From: Octopus vulgaris | Lineage: Eukaryota | DNA length: 64,000 nt | NCBI GenBank assembly: GCA_951406725.2 | Contig: OX597827.1 | Span: 14,446,001-14,510,000, forward strand | Direction of reading: 5' to 3' | Made by a program: the position numbers and the translations under genes | Notes under the pieces: generated by a model | Told to the model about the DNA's origin: nothing | Database searches by the model: none | The model's input: the letters and a program-made list of their open reading frames with translations, nothing else | Shown: piece by piece, positions 14,069 to 27,517 of the stretch | Layout: every line of letters begins with the position of its first letter | Numbering within the stretch: position 1 is the first letter of the stretch

Positions 14069-14387
14069 GAAGAAAAGATTGAGAAATACTAGCCACTGCG
14101 GGATGAGATAGGAAAGTTAAGGGACACGAGGAAAGTAATGGTGATACCGGTGGTAATTGGAGTATTAGGAGTAATTTCCAAGGGCTTCGAAAAACATATT
14201 AAAAATATTGGAGCTGCTGTCAGGCTCGAAGTGATCCAGAAGACAGCATTGTTGGGTACATCTCACATTCTAAGGAGAGTATTGTCTCTTTGAAGAGAAG
14301 GCACTACTTGAAACCTTTGGTGACTTGTTATTGCCTGCTTTCAAGTAAAGAATAACCGGTAATTAAGAACTATCTGAGAGTCTTTCA

Positions 14388-14425
<38 letters not shown>

Positions 14426-14448
14426 TTAATAATAATAATAATAATAAG
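14069..14448 (+). mobile_element. 3' fragment of an R4/Dong-type non-LTR retrotransposon (restriction-like endonuclease C-terminus) with (TAA)n tail
   Basis: Translation EKIEKY*PLRDEIGKL...VIPVVIGVLG...IQKTALLGTSHILRRVLSL* matches the RLE C-terminal pattern; short 3' UTR followed by (AAT)n. Confidence 0.8.
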
Positions 14449-14744
14449 GTACTGAAACCTATTTGAAAATGATTCCAGGTTTACCATCCCTACAGGAAGT
14501 GCAAAAAATCGTATTAACTGGAATGGCTCATGTACTGAGAAGAGCACTATCGCTGTGAAAATAACATCCATCCATGAATTTATTTATTTATTAATTTTTA
14601 AATACATATTTTATCTGTGAATTTGCGCGTGTAATCTGGGAATGCATACAATGCCCTTCTCTGCCCTAGGTGTATGGAAAACACTCGGCAAGAAACGGAA
14701 GAAAATTTGAAGAAAGAAGGAAAAAACATAATAATAATAATAAT

Positions 14745-14935
14745 CCTTTCTACTATACGCACAAGGCCTGAAATTTTGGGGAAGGGCACCAGTTGATTAG
14801 ATCAATCCCAGTACACAACTAGTATTTAATTTATCGATCCCGAGTTGATCTCAGCGGAATCTGAACTCAGAACATGAAGACAGATGAAATGCCATTAAGC
14901 ATTTTGCCTGACGATTCTGCCAGCTCTCCGCCTTA
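14745..14935 (-). mobile_element. SINE family B, diverged
   Basis: Partial match to family B head and core. Confidence 0.65.
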
Positions 14936-15070
14936 ATAATGATAATAATAGTCATCAATCACCATCAATCTTATATCATCTCTGAAAGTCAAACCCTTTC
15001 AGCTAGTTTTCTTGATGAACACAGACATACGTAATTTACTCTGCCTCTATTACCAACAATCAACAACATA

Positions 15071-15241
15071 GGCACAGGAGTGGCTGTGTGGTAAGTAGCT
15101 TGCTAACCAGCCACATAGTTCCGGGTTCAGTCCCACTGCGTGGCATCTTGGGCAAGTGTCTTCTGCTATAGCCCCGGGCCGACCAATGCCTTGTGAGTGG
15201 ATTTGGTAGATGGAAACTGTAAGAAGCCTGTCGTATATATG

Positions 15242-15276
<35 letters not shown>

Positions 15277-15509
15277 TTGTGTGTCTGTGTTTGTCCCCCT
15301 TAGCATTGCTTGACAACCGATGCTGGTGTGTTTATGTCCCCGTCACTAAGCGGTTCGGCAAGAAGAGACCGATAGAATAAGTACTGGGCTTACAAAGAAT
15401 AAGTCCCGGGGTCGATTTGCTCGACTAAAGGCGGTGCTCCAGCATGGCTGCAGTCAAATGACTGAAACAAGTAAAAGAGTAAAAGAGTAAAAGAGTAAAA
15501 GAAAAGAGT
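15071..15509 (+). mobile_element. SINE family A, full length
   Basis: A/B boxes, core, (GAGTAAAA)n tail. Confidence 0.9.
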
Positions 15510-16654
15510 ATAGATGTAGCATCATCACCATCATCCTCATCATCTTACTAACCTCCATCACTATTGTCTCCTCCTACTACCACCACTGTTACTGTTGCTG
15601 TTACCATCACCATCAGCATCTAAATCTTTACCTTCCATAAAATTGCTAACATCATTAGCATCACCAAATACAAGATGCTTGCTAGACAACTTTTATCTTC
15701 CTATCTCTCACTCGCTTCTGTTTTTCTCTGCACAACTTTTTCCATCAAAGACTACTGAGTCCATAATTAGCACTGAGCTAATGAGATTACAGTTCTGTTT
15801 TCTGGAAATTTTACAATGAAGACATCGCTAATGCTATCTTGCAAGTTCGTTATTAATAAGTAATTAAATAAGGAGGCTATCTCCAAACACTTTAGGTTGT
15901 TCAATAGTCGGACTTTGTGAAGGGAAAAACAGTATAGAGATAGCTTATCTACATTCTGATCAATCTAAGAAGATTCTTAATTGGAATCTAATTCCCCACC
16001 ACCACCACCACCACTACCACCACCATTACCATCACACACACAGCCACTCATGTGCAACTAAAAATTGCCCTTTGGCATTGGAATCACAGTAACCTCTGGA
16101 AGTAACCCCCACGACTAATAGGCTAGTCCTCATGACAGTTGTCTAGTTCAGAACAGAACGACTGCTCTGCCTTTATCTTTAAACCTGTTATAAAACACAG
16201 ATAGTTGAATAAGTATCCCTGGTGACATTCATAGAGGAAGAATCTATTAAAAATCACCTGCATTAGCCTCTAACTACTTAAGTTTGCTTCATAATGTATG
16301 AAGTTTGTTGTGAAACTTTAATGACAAGACTGAATCATCTGATACTGTTCCTCTGTGCAAGCATCTATATTCTCCATCAAATAATTTATGTAAACAATTT
16401 TATAAATATCAACTATTTCTTTCAGGTTTCCTATCATAAATTTTATATAGGTTCTGTTTAATGTTTCCTTTCGCATACATGCGTGCATAGACGCACATAA
16501 AACTGCAGGAGACACTCTCGTTCATAAGCAGGCAAAGTGTATGCATATCTTCTTACGTCATACATACACATATATACACAACGTGAATGTACATATATTT
16601 GTATATGAATGCATATTTTACATAAAAATGAATTCAATAAATGCATGTGCACAT

Positions 16655-16733
16655 GTATATATATATATATATATATATACATATATATACATATATATAT
16701 ATACATATATATATACATATATATATATATACA

Positions 16734-16767
<34 letters not shown>

Positions 16768-16883
16768 CATATATATACATACATATACATATATATACAT
16801 ACATATATATATATATATACATACATATATATATATACATACATATATACATATATATATACATATATATATACATACATATA

Positions 16884-16924
<41 letters not shown>

Positions 16925-17385
16925 ACATATATATATATACATATATATATATACATATATACATATATATATATATATGCGTAGGTTTGCATGCATATCA
17001 TTTATTTGTATATAAAGTGTATGTGTATATATTTGAGTGATTTTGCATAAATGTATTAATAATATTGTATGACAGGCACATCAGCTTCTATAAGTATGCA
17101 TATTTATATTTGATATTCACACCTTATTCATATTCATGTATAATCAATTCCACCCTCCAGCATGTATTTTATACACACACACACAAACATGCATACACTC
17201 ACACACATATAGATATAGATATTTATATAATATATATATACATACAGATACATACACCCATCCATATCTATGTATATATACATACATACATACATATATA
17301 TATATCTTAATATATATATATGGCCACAGCTCATGAGCTGAAACTAGTTCAGCTCAATTCAATTCATATATATATATACATATAT

Positions 17386-17462
<77 letters not shown>

Positions 17463-17595
17463 TATATACATATATATATATACATACATATACATATGCA
17501 TATACACACACATTTATAAGTACATACACATACTTATACATACAGATATATATATACACTCATATGATGCAATATATATGCATATATGTATGTGA

Positions 17596-17691
<96 letters not shown>

Positions 17692-17700
17692 ATAGAGAGA
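16655..17700. repeat. TA/TACA microsatellite tracts
   Basis: Directly visible. Confidence 0.9.
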
Positions 17701-18514
17701 AAGAGATAGAGCAAGAGATAGACAGATAAGGGAATAGGTATGTGTATATGTACATACAACAATGCACACACATGCACACACACACACATGCACACACACA
17801 TACACGCTCATATATGCACGCACGCACTTATAGCTATATACCTTAACCCCTCCTCTGCCTATTCTCATCTCAAGAACGATGAAATTACTACCCTGTTTTA
17901 ATGTCCATGGAATAGATAGATGTAGACTCAGTTATCAAAATGCAAACGTTTTATCGAGCTTTACTTTCTCTGATGCCAGATGACACAAATATTATATTGA
18001 ATGTAAAAAAAAAAAAAAAAGAAAACCCCCAAAAAACCCCCCAAATCATAAAAATAAGTTAAAACATTATTTAAAAAACAGTCGATATTAGAATGACACT
18101 ACAATCAATAAATATTTTTTGGAAACTAGAAATCTTATTCTTTATACTTAATACAATTTTTTAAAAAATCTTTTATGTATTTATTTATGTATTTGCTTTT
18201 GGAAATATTATTTTTTTTGTTATTGTTTTTTCTTTGCTTTTAAAGCAATTAGAATCTACATTAAAACAAGTCATTCTTGTATTTATCGTTTGTATTTCTT
18301 TTTTTTTTTTTTATTTGTTATGTACTTTTATTTATTTTATTTTATTTTTATTTTTATTTTATTTATTTTTTTATTAAGGTGTATTGGGATATGTTCCATT
18401 GTCAATGAAGATATCTGCAAGTAAAGGAAAGCTGAAAAATTTTAGTCAATCAAATTAATTTCGCAAGATTTCATTTCAATGAGTTTATGGCGAAAATAAA
18501 TCACAGAAGCAATC

Positions 18515-18516
<2 letters not shown>

Positions 18517-18549
<33 letters not shown>

Positions 18550-18792
18550 TATCATCGTTGTCACCATAACATCATCGCCATCATTATCATCATCATCACT
18601 ATCATCATCAACTCTGATGATTTTAGTGCAGTTATTTTTTTTATTGCCATCACCAAAACAACCGGCACCAGCATCATCACAACCTCTACAAACATCACCA
18701 TCATCAGTACACATCTATAACAGCATCAGTTGCAGTAATAATATCATCATTGCCATTATTCTTCTTCTTCTTATTATTATTATTATCATTAA

Positions 18793-18855
<63 letters not shown>

Positions 18856-18881
18856 CATTATTATTCTTATTCTTATTATTA

Positions 18882-18915
<34 letters not shown>

Positions 18916-18962
18916 TCTTCTTCTTCTTCTTCTTCTTCTTATTATTATTATTATTATTATTA

Positions 18963-19002
<40 letters not shown>

Positions 19003-19030
19003 CATCGTCGTCGTCATCAAGATTATCATC
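18517..19030. repeat. CAT and ATT/CTT trinucleotide tracts
   Basis: Directly visible. Confidence 0.95.
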
Positions 19031-19823
19031 GACCTAAATGCTTAATGTTCAAAATGCAACACTATGAGACAGGGAAAAGAGAACTAGCTTCCAGAAATAT
19101 TTTATCTATGCCATCAGAAACAACAGCGCATCTTGACTAAACCAATAAAGGAACCTCTACACGGTCCCTGAAGTTATTAGAAATAGCAGCCAAATCTGTA
19201 TCATATCATATTCTACCATTTTATGAATGTATAAATGTACACCATCATCATCATCATCATCATCATCATTTAACGTCCGCTTTCCATGCTAGCATGGGTT
19301 GGATGATTTGACTCCAATCTGATCCAGCAGAGTTTCTAAAATCAAAACCCAGGTAGTTACTAGAGGGGCAAAAAATATCTGTTCCCCACTGTCAAATCAT
19401 CAAGGCCTTATATAACTTCAGATAATTATGTAAAAGTTCCATCATCTTTCCAGCAGTCTAGCTGTGGATCTTGAAAATAATGGTCATCATCCTCATCATC
19501 AGCATCATCATCCTCATCCTTTAAGGTCCACTTTCCATGTTGGCATGTTTTGGACGATTTGACTGGGGACTGGTGAGCCAGATGGCTGCACCAGACTCCA
19601 ATCTGATCTGGCAGAGTTTCTACAGGTGGATGCCCTTCCTAATGCCAACCAGTCCGAGAGCGTAGTGGGTACTTTTAGGTGCCACCGGCATGAGGGCCAG
19701 TACTGGCAATGAGCCAATGAAGGAAACTCTACATGGTAGCTAAACTGGTAGAGTAAAAACAGCAAAATCTGTATCATATTTTACTTAATTGTCTTACATA
19801 TTTAATTTTTTTCTTTTTTTTTT

Positions 19824-20218
19824 ATTTTACTTGTTTCAGTCATTTTGACTGCGGCCATGCTGGTGCACCGCCTTTAATCAAGCAACTCGACCCCGGGACT
19901 TATTCTTTGTAAGCCCAGTACTTATTCTATCGGTCTCTTTTGCCGAACTGCTAAGTGACGGGGACATAAACACACCAGCATTGGTTGTCAAGCAATGCTA
20001 GGGGAACAAACACAGACACACAAACATACACGCACATACATATATATACATATATACGACGGGATCTTTCAGTTTCCGTCTACCAAATCCACTCACAAGG
20101 CTTTGGTCAGCCCGAGGCTATATTAGAAGACACTTGCCCAAGGTGTCACGCAGTGGGACTGAACCCGGAACCATGTGGTTGGTAAACAAGCTACTTACCA
20201 CACAGCCACTCCTGCGCC
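19824..20218 (-). mobile_element. SINE family A, full length
   Basis: Reverse-complement copy of family A. Confidence 0.9.
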
Positions 20219-20571
20219 TATATGTTAAAATGTATGTATGAGAATCTCTATGGTAGCTAGAACTGGGGAAAATAGCAGCTTAATCTCCTTCAAACCATGA
20301 TATATTGCTTTGCATTTGTATATTTGTATGAACTAACAAGGGATACCTGTACATGGGTTGCTAGACATGCTAAAAGTTGTTGTCAAATTTCCTTCAAATT
20401 ACATACTACAACTGTCTTACAGAAAGACATTTTGGATAACGTTGTTTCCTGCGTGCTTGGAATGTCTTTGATCAGAGATCTGCTCTTTCAGGGAAAACCT
20501 GAGGCTAAACAATAGCAACACCAATTACGCGTCTTGGAACATACTTTAACCAGCAAATTGCAACACAGTTA

Positions 20572-20971
20572 TCTTTATATATAAAAGTAAGGTTGTGTGT
20601 CTGTCTCCTACGATTTAGATTCCTAACTACTCCCACATTTTGCGGTGCAGTTTAATCAAAACCGGGTATCTTATAGTTGTGATTCATATCGAGCCCTTCT
20701 GGGTATTAGCGCGCGTCTACGATGAGTCTACAATTTAAAAAAAAATTTACCCATCATTTTTTTCCATTTTAATGCATTTTTTCGCTATTATATAAGGGAA
20801 GTAACTCTCTAAAAATGTCTACGATGAGTCAACGATTTTTAAAAAAATTTACCATAATTGTTTTTCCATATTTAATGCATTTTTTGCTATTTTTTTTGGC
20901 TATAACTCTCTAAAAATGCTTATATAGTTATTTCCCTTACAAACCCGAGCAACGCTGGGCGATACTGCTAA
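20572..20971 (+). mobile_element. Non-autonomous Helitron-like element
   Basis: Starts A|TC, ends CTAA|T with subterminal hairpin CCCGAGCAACGCTGGG; near-identical inverted copy at 38408-38811. Confidence 0.75.
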
Positions 20972-21114
20972 TATTTTATACATGCTGAACTAATAACGCA
21001 TCATGGGAAAATCCATACTGTTAAATCCCTACCATAGGAACCAACAAGGAAGCCTTTTGATGGATGATCAACTTGCTAGAAATAAAAACTGAATCTGACT
21101 TAAACTACATCATT

Positions 21115-21765
21115 GGTGCAGGGATGGCTGTGTGATAAGAAGTTTGCTTACCAACCACATGGTTGTGGGTTCAGTCCCACTGCACGGTACATTGGGCAAG
21201 TGTCTTCTACTATAGCCTAAGTCTTGTGAGTGGATTTGGTTGACAGAAACTGAAAGATGCTCATCATATATATATATATATATATATATAATTTTTTATA
21301 ATTAGGGTTCAGCAAAAGATTTGCTTTACCACATACTGAAGTTTAGAAATAATACTGAAGTTTAGATATTATTGATAACTAGAAATAGCAGCCAAAGAAC
21401 CATAGCTATTTCCTCTGTGGTAAAACAAATCTTTGCTGAACCCTAATTATAAAATATTACTTAAGTTTACCAAATTCATACCGAATTCTACTTGGTGAAA
21501 TTATTGATAACTAGTTAATTAATTAATTTTACCCTTTGTTATTATTGATATATATATATGCGACAGGCTTATGTATATATCTACTTGTGTGTGTGTCTTT
21601 ATATCTGTGTTTGTCACTCCATCACTGTTTGGCAAAACATACTAACAGAACAAGTGCTAGACTTAAAAAATAAATCCTGTGGTCAATTTGTTTGACTAAA
21701 ACCCTTCTAGGTGGTGCTCCAGCATGGCCACAGCTAAATTACTGAAACAAGTCAAAAGAATAGAA
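21115..21765 (+). mobile_element. Diverged SINE family A interrupted in its (TA)n tract
   Basis: Head at 21115-21265, tail at 21560-21765, insert between. Confidence 0.7.
21291..21548. mobile_element. (TA)n-flanked asymmetric palindromic insert
   Basis: TTTATAATTAGGGTTCAGCAAAAGATTTGCTTTACCACA is the near reverse complement of TGTGGTAAAACAAATCTTTGCTGAACCCTAATTATAAA (about 21416-21454); TA tracts on both sides. Confidence 0.65.
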
Positions 21766-22089
21766 AAAAAAAGTATACCATCCCACCAAAATTAAAGAGA
21801 TAAGACACAACGAAAAACGTAGTCCAATTTAACTATTCTTGAAAAACGAAAAATTAAATGACGGGATATTAATTAAATACCCTTTAATTATAGGCCAACT
21901 TGATTGGGACCAACTTGCAGCTAAACTACAACAAATGCTCCCATTGTGGTGAAGCATTCTTTAATCTGTTATAAACTCTATGTTTAGAATGCTCATATCG
22001 TTTCCAAAGACTCAAGGATAATTTTTATGGTTGAGTGGTTACGAAGTTTGCTTCCAAACCACAAGGTTCCAAGCTCAGCCCCACGATGG

Positions 22090-22557
22090 CTACATTGTAA
22101 GAAGTTTGCTTTCCAACCACATGGTTCCAGGTTCGGTCCCACAGTGTGACACCTTGGGCAAGTGTCTTCTATTATAACCTCAGGCCAAACCAAAGCCTTG
22201 TGAATGGATTTGGTGGACGGAAACTGAAAGAGGCATATCATGTGTATGTGTGTGTGTGTATGCATGTGTGCACATGTGTGTGCGTGCATACATGGGTGTT
22301 TATGGTACCCTTGTTCTGACAGCATGTGACAGTTGTAAACTAGCATCACTATCGTATAAGCAATGTTGTTCATTTCTAGTCTTCTGTGAAAATCTTGTCT
22401 GACCATGAGGAAATATTACCTTGTCTGAAAATAGGGGAGGGTTGTTGACAGGAAGGGCATCCAGTTGTAAAAAAAAATCTTCTTCAACAAATTTCGTCAG
22501 ACCCCTGAATGCATGGAAAAGTGGATGATAATTGACGATGATGATGATGATGATGAT
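22090..22557 (+). mobile_element. Diverged SINE with family A-like head and family C-like tail
   Basis: GGTTCGGTCCC...CCTTGGGCAAGTGTCTT head; GGAAGGGCATCCAG...(GAT)n tail. Confidence 0.65.
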
Positions 22558-22959
22558 TTCTTTCATATGGCTTTGGTTGACTAAAAGACTATGGTAAAAA
22601 GACGCTTGCCTAAAAATAGCATGAAGCAGGGCCAAACTCAAAACGATATAGTTGTCAAACAAACTTCTTCACCAAGTGGCCATATCTGAAGAGTTACTGT
22701 TCAGTCAGGTAATGTGTCACCTGACAAAATGATTAATGAACTTCAGGATTGTTTCCAATTGTTTACAACTAGAATTTGCTAGAGAAAGTGTTAACAACAG
22801 AACTTAGCACAGATATTGAGAAATATATCGCTACATACCTGATGTATACACCTTTACACTTACTGATCTTCATTGTCAAGTTGTGTTACAATACGCAAGA
22901 AGTATGTTGCTACAATAACTTTACATAGTTCTGATACAATTAAAAGGAATATGCTTCTA

Positions 22960-23401
22960 CAACAATAATAAATCTCTGAATGAGATGTAAACAGTAACCA
23001 CTCGACAATGTAAAGTATAATAGCCATCTCAATATGGCTAACCACTAAGGGTGGGTGTTATTGTAGCTTTTAGCCCCAGGAGATCATCATCTCCAGCTGG
23101 CTTTAGGCACACTTTCTGTGCCCTTATGATATTTGCAAAGGGAGGTCATCCCTCTCTTGTAAACCTAAGTGATACGCACGGACTGCAGTTTCGAGGTATT
23201 TGCCTCTTGTCAACGTAGGGTAATCACAGTTTTTCGAAATCAGTGACACTAGTTACTGGAAAAAAACATTAAATAGATAATTGCAAACAGGTCTCTCTTC
23301 ATCGAAAACCAGTGATTACCGTACGTTGACAAGAGGCAAATACCTCGAAACTGCAGTCCTTGAGTATCAATTAGGTTTACGAGAGAGGGATGACCTCCCT
23401 T
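22960..23401 (-). mobile_element. Hammerhead-bearing Penelope-pLTR/retrozyme-like element with inverted partial duplication
   Basis: About 100-bp inverted arms 23138-23237 and 23302-23401; homologous to 41899-42200 and 2000-2290. Confidence 0.65.
23177..23217 (-). ncRNA. Degenerate minimal type I hammerhead motif (mirror copy 23322-23362, + strand)
   Basis: TACG-TTGACAA-GAGG caaata CCTC-GAAA-CTGCAG-TC-CGTG. Confidence 0.55.
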
Positions 23402-23432
23402 ATGTACCAGTACATAAGTGAATCAACAGTAT

Positions 23433-23870
23433 TCATCATCATCATCATCGTTTAACGTCCGTTTTCCATGCTAGCATGGGTTGGACGGTTCAACTGGGGT
23501 CTGGGAAGCCAGGAGGCTGTGCCAGGCCCAGTCTGATCTGGCAGTGTTTCTACAGCTGGATGCCCTTCCTAACACCAATCACTTCGAGAGTGTAGTGGGT
23601 GCTTTTTATGTGCCACCTGCACAGGTGCCAGATGAGGCTGGCAAATGGCCACGATCAGACGGTGCTTTTTATGTGCCACCGGCACGGGGGCCAGACGAGG
23701 CTGGCAATGGCCACAATCGGATGGTGCTTTTTACGTGCCACCGTCACGGAGCCCAGTCGGAGCGGCGCTGGCAACGGCCATGTTTGGACAGTTCTCTTAC
23801 GTGCCACCGGCACTGGTATCTCAGCTACAATTTCCATTGATGTTGAAAGATTTTGATTTTGATTTTGATT
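23433..23870 (-). mobile_element. SINE family C with internal tandem repeats
   Basis: Family C tail plus repeated GGTGCTTTTTA(C/T)GTGCCACC units. Confidence 0.8.
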
Positions 23871-24162
23871 TTGACCAACTAAAATCTATAGAGGAATAAT
23901 GAACTTGTATGGTAACTGAGGTGTAACTGCTTTCAAATGAAATTGATGCTAGAGTAAAGAGGCCATCTAATTCAGTTAAAGACAGAATATCAAAATCCAA
24001 TAAAAACCCTTGTCTGGCACATGTGGTAAAGGATATCTTTACCATATAAGCAATTATATCACTGTAACTTGTCATGGTGTGTAATGATAAGCTACAAAGA
24101 TATAATTACCAGATTACCAATACAATGTGGATTATGAATAATAGATATACAGATATTTATAT

Positions 24163-24326
24163 AGGCGCAGGAGTGGCTGTGTGGTAAGTAGCTTGCTAAC
24201 CAACCACATGGTTCCGGGTTCAGTCCCACTGCGTGGCATCTTGGGCAAGTGTCTTCTGCTATAGCCCCGGGCTGACCAATGCCTTGTGAGTGGATTTGGT
24301 AGACGGAAACTGAAAGAAGCCTGTCG

Positions 24327-24357
<31 letters not shown>

Positions 24358-24573
24358 ATGTGTTTGTGTGTCTGTGTTTGTCCCCCTAGCATTGCTTGAC
24401 AACCGATGCTGGTGTGTTTACGTCCCCGTCACTTAGCGGTTCGGCAAAAGAGACAGAATAAATTAAGTACTGGGCTTACAAAGAATAAGTCCCTAGGTCG
24501 ATTTGCTCGACTAAATGTGGTGCTCCAGCATGGCCGCAGCCAAATGACTGAAACAAGTAAAAGAGTAAAGAGT
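24163..24573 (+). mobile_element. SINE family A, full length
   Basis: A/B boxes, core, tail. Confidence 0.9.
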
Positions 24574-24852
24574 AATATGTATTTACTTGGTCCTAATTTC
24601 ACAGCAAAATAAATACATATAGATATGAGTCTGTATATCTTTTATATGGAAACAATATACTCATCCCTAGCGATGGCAGCACCATCAGTACTGTCTCTGC
24701 GTTCATTATGTTATCATCAATAGTAGTAGGTATTCTATACATGGCAGATTAATTAGTTTTATCGTTAATTTTAATGAAATATCTCTTAATGAATTACAAG
24801 ATAAACTAACTGGAGATTTCTAAAAAGAATGAAATGGGGCTATACATGATTA

Positions 24853-25216
24853 TTATCGTCGGTTACAATGATGAGGGTTCCAGTTGATCTGATCAATGGA
24901 ACAGCCTGCATGTGAAATTAATATGTAAGTGGCTGAGCACTCCACAGACACGTGGTTCTCGGGGAGATTCAGCATGAAAAAGTGTGTGACATGGCTGGCC
25001 CTTTGCAATACAGGTACAACAGAAACAGGAAGAAAGAGTGAGAAAAAGTTGTGGTGAAAGAGTACAGCAGGGTTTGCAACCACCCCCCTGCTGGAACCTC
25101 GTGGAGCTTTAGGTGTTTTTGCTCAATAAACATTCACAACACCCGGTCTGAGAATCAAAACTGCAATCCCATGACTGCAAGTCCGCTGCCCTAACCACAA
25201 GGCCATTGCACTTCAC
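24853..25216 (-). mobile_element. tRNA-derived SINE, family D (CpG-decayed copy)
   Basis: Homologous to 43957-44348; target-site duplication ACATGATTA at 24844 and 25217. Confidence 0.85.
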
Positions 25217-25417
25217 ACATGATTACTATAACGAGAAACTGTAAGAACTTTGTAACAGATAGGAAATATCAAATATGTAATTTCTGTGCATCTTCTTCCT
25301 TGAATTCTTTAATTTCAAATTCAAATTTCTCACCCCACTTCCTGTTGTGAGAGGAAGTTTATCTCCCTGGTATTAAGAACTCTACCTAGAGGCATCATAT
25401 ATTTATTGCAATAATTC

Positions 25418-25829
25418 GGATCTTTTCGGTTTGAACCTGCAATTTTTAAAAATAATTTCCACGTAACTAAACACTTTTAAACTTCGTATACTGGTAGAAT
25501 GTGTTTATAAAACATCTTTTCTCTTGGCTTTATTGAGAAAATTCTATAGTTTGTAAGATATTTGTTGTTTTTTTTTCTTCAATTTCTGCAATTTCAACCA
25601 ATCAATGACGTCTATTGAGGTGAAAACATTCTTGTGCCGTATGAATATGTCCCTTGCTTACGAAACAGATTGGGTTTATTTACATTTGTGAAGAAAAAGA
25701 GATACCCTTCCCCCCACCCTAACCCTAAAACAGATTGAAATGCAATAGATCGATACTAGGGTCATAATTGTGGGTGACAATTTCATATGACACTGCTAGA
25801 AAAAACTGCCGTTCAAACCAAAAAGATCC
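25418..25829. mobile_element. MULE/Mutator-like MITE containing (CCCTAA)n
   Basis: TIRs GGATCTTTTCGGTTTGAAC... / ...GTTCAAACCAAAAAGATCC; 9-bp target-site duplication CAATAATTC on both sides. Confidence 0.85.
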
Positions 25830-26049
25830 CAATAATTCTTCTAAATCTTCCTCTGATGAACCAAACTATTTGTATTTAACAGCAGCAAGCCTTAACAATT
25901 GGTGATATTATGATCACATGTTATTTATCAGTAAAAACATCACACTAGCAATTCTTAAGTGAGAAAATGGAAACTGGTTACAAATCTGAAAAGAAAATAG
26001 AACACCAGTTTCATGGGACAAGACAATAAAAGCAGTCTAAAACAAGTAC

Positions 26050-26206
26050 CTGGTATTTCTTCGTACTGTGGGGCATCTCTTCGTATGCAGCCATGTTTGA
26101 CGTCTTTTCGTGTGGATACGATATTGATACGACAGTCAGGGCCTGTAAAGGGTCTTTCTTCAACTCCAATATAGCCTGATGTTACACCAATATCTGCTAT
26201 GTATCC
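26050..26206 (-). other. Candidate exon (157 nt) of an unidentified transcript
   Basis: ctctttcag|GGATAC...ATACCAG|gtactt; one frame fully open (GYIADIG...QYEEIP), another has AACATGG starting MAAYEEMPHSTKKYQ; no recognisable homology. Confidence 0.4.
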
Positions 26207-26927
26207 CTGAAAGAGATATTTAAGAATGATTAATTCTACATAATTTCAAGAAATTCAGAGTATTTGACAACAAATATATAAGCATATGTATACAAAATTG
26301 TGTATATGTATATGTATATGAATGGTTGTTTTGGAATCACGTGATTGTTGTAAACAAGCTTCACTGTCATACAAGTGGAGTCTTTCATTCCCAAATTTCA
26401 ATGAAAACATGTCCAGCCATGAGAAATTTTAACCTCAGTGGGAAACAGGTGAGGGTTGGTGATAGGAAGGGCATCCGGCCATAGAAAACCTGTCCCCAAC
26501 AAATTCCATCAGACCCATACCAGCATGGAAAATTGGACATTAAAACAACGCCAATGATGATGATGTGATGAATACGATGATGATGTTGATGACGATGACA
26601 ATGATGGTGATGATGATGATGATGGTGGTTGTTGTTGCTGTTGCTGCTGCTGTTGTTGTTGTTGTTGTTAAGCAACAAGACGGGTAAGGGTGATTAGGTG
26701 ATGGTCTAGAGCTTAGGGGCAGGAGACCCAAGACCTTGGAAAAAAAAAAAACTTTGGTCGTCTTGTAGTCGAGGGCTCTTCGTTGACACCCGATACCAAT
26801 GGGAGGTGGCCCTCAAAATCGCTGGAAATGGAGATCTCCAGGTCCAAATTCTTGAACGGCTGCTGCTGCTGATGATGATGATGATAACCAAGGTTTAGAT
26901 TTTTATGTTAAATCACTATTAACCAAT

Positions 26928-27156
26928 TTAACCTTTTAGTTTTCAGATTACTTTGTCAAATGTAATGCTTATTTATTCACATTGTTTTGAATTAATCACT
27001 CATTATCTCGCAGCTTTGAGATTTAGATGATGTGATTGTTTATTTTTTTTAGAATGACATTGTAGGGTAGGGGTGAGGTGTTGGATCTGGCCAGTTTCGA
27101 CATATAACAGACAGGATATTTTGGCCAGATATGGCCAGCTTAAATGCTATAGTTAA
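26928..27156. mobile_element. piggyBac-like MITE (decayed)
   Basis: TTAA at both ends with degenerate CC(T)TTTAG / CTA(T)AG terminal repeats. Confidence 0.4.
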
Positions 27157-27517
27157 TGTGTGTAACATTAGAAAATCCAAGGTGTTGTGCAGTGGAACTG
27201 AAACTGAAATCGTGTAGTTACAAATTACAAAGCATTCTTCTTAATTACATAGCCATCTTAATTAGAATGTCAATGTTGTATTTTAAGAGATAAATGTAAA
27301 CATCCACTGAATAACAACTGATAACAAGAAGCAACAAAAATATAATGTATATATGTGTGTATATAGAACATAACTGGTACAATATACAGCTGGAAGCTTA
27401 TAGACCAGTGGTTCTCAACCGTTTTTTTTATTTATGGATCCATTGTTTTGAATGATTCCAAAACAAGCATTCATATGTATATACATATACACATTTTTGT
27501 ATTGCATACATATATAT

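Noticed and set aside
23045-23155. Twister-ribozyme-like or SECIS-like reading of the conserved domain
   Set aside because: The twister loop-4 consensus is not met, and wobble pairs favour the other strand; the SECIS AUGA and stem are not conserved in the other two copies
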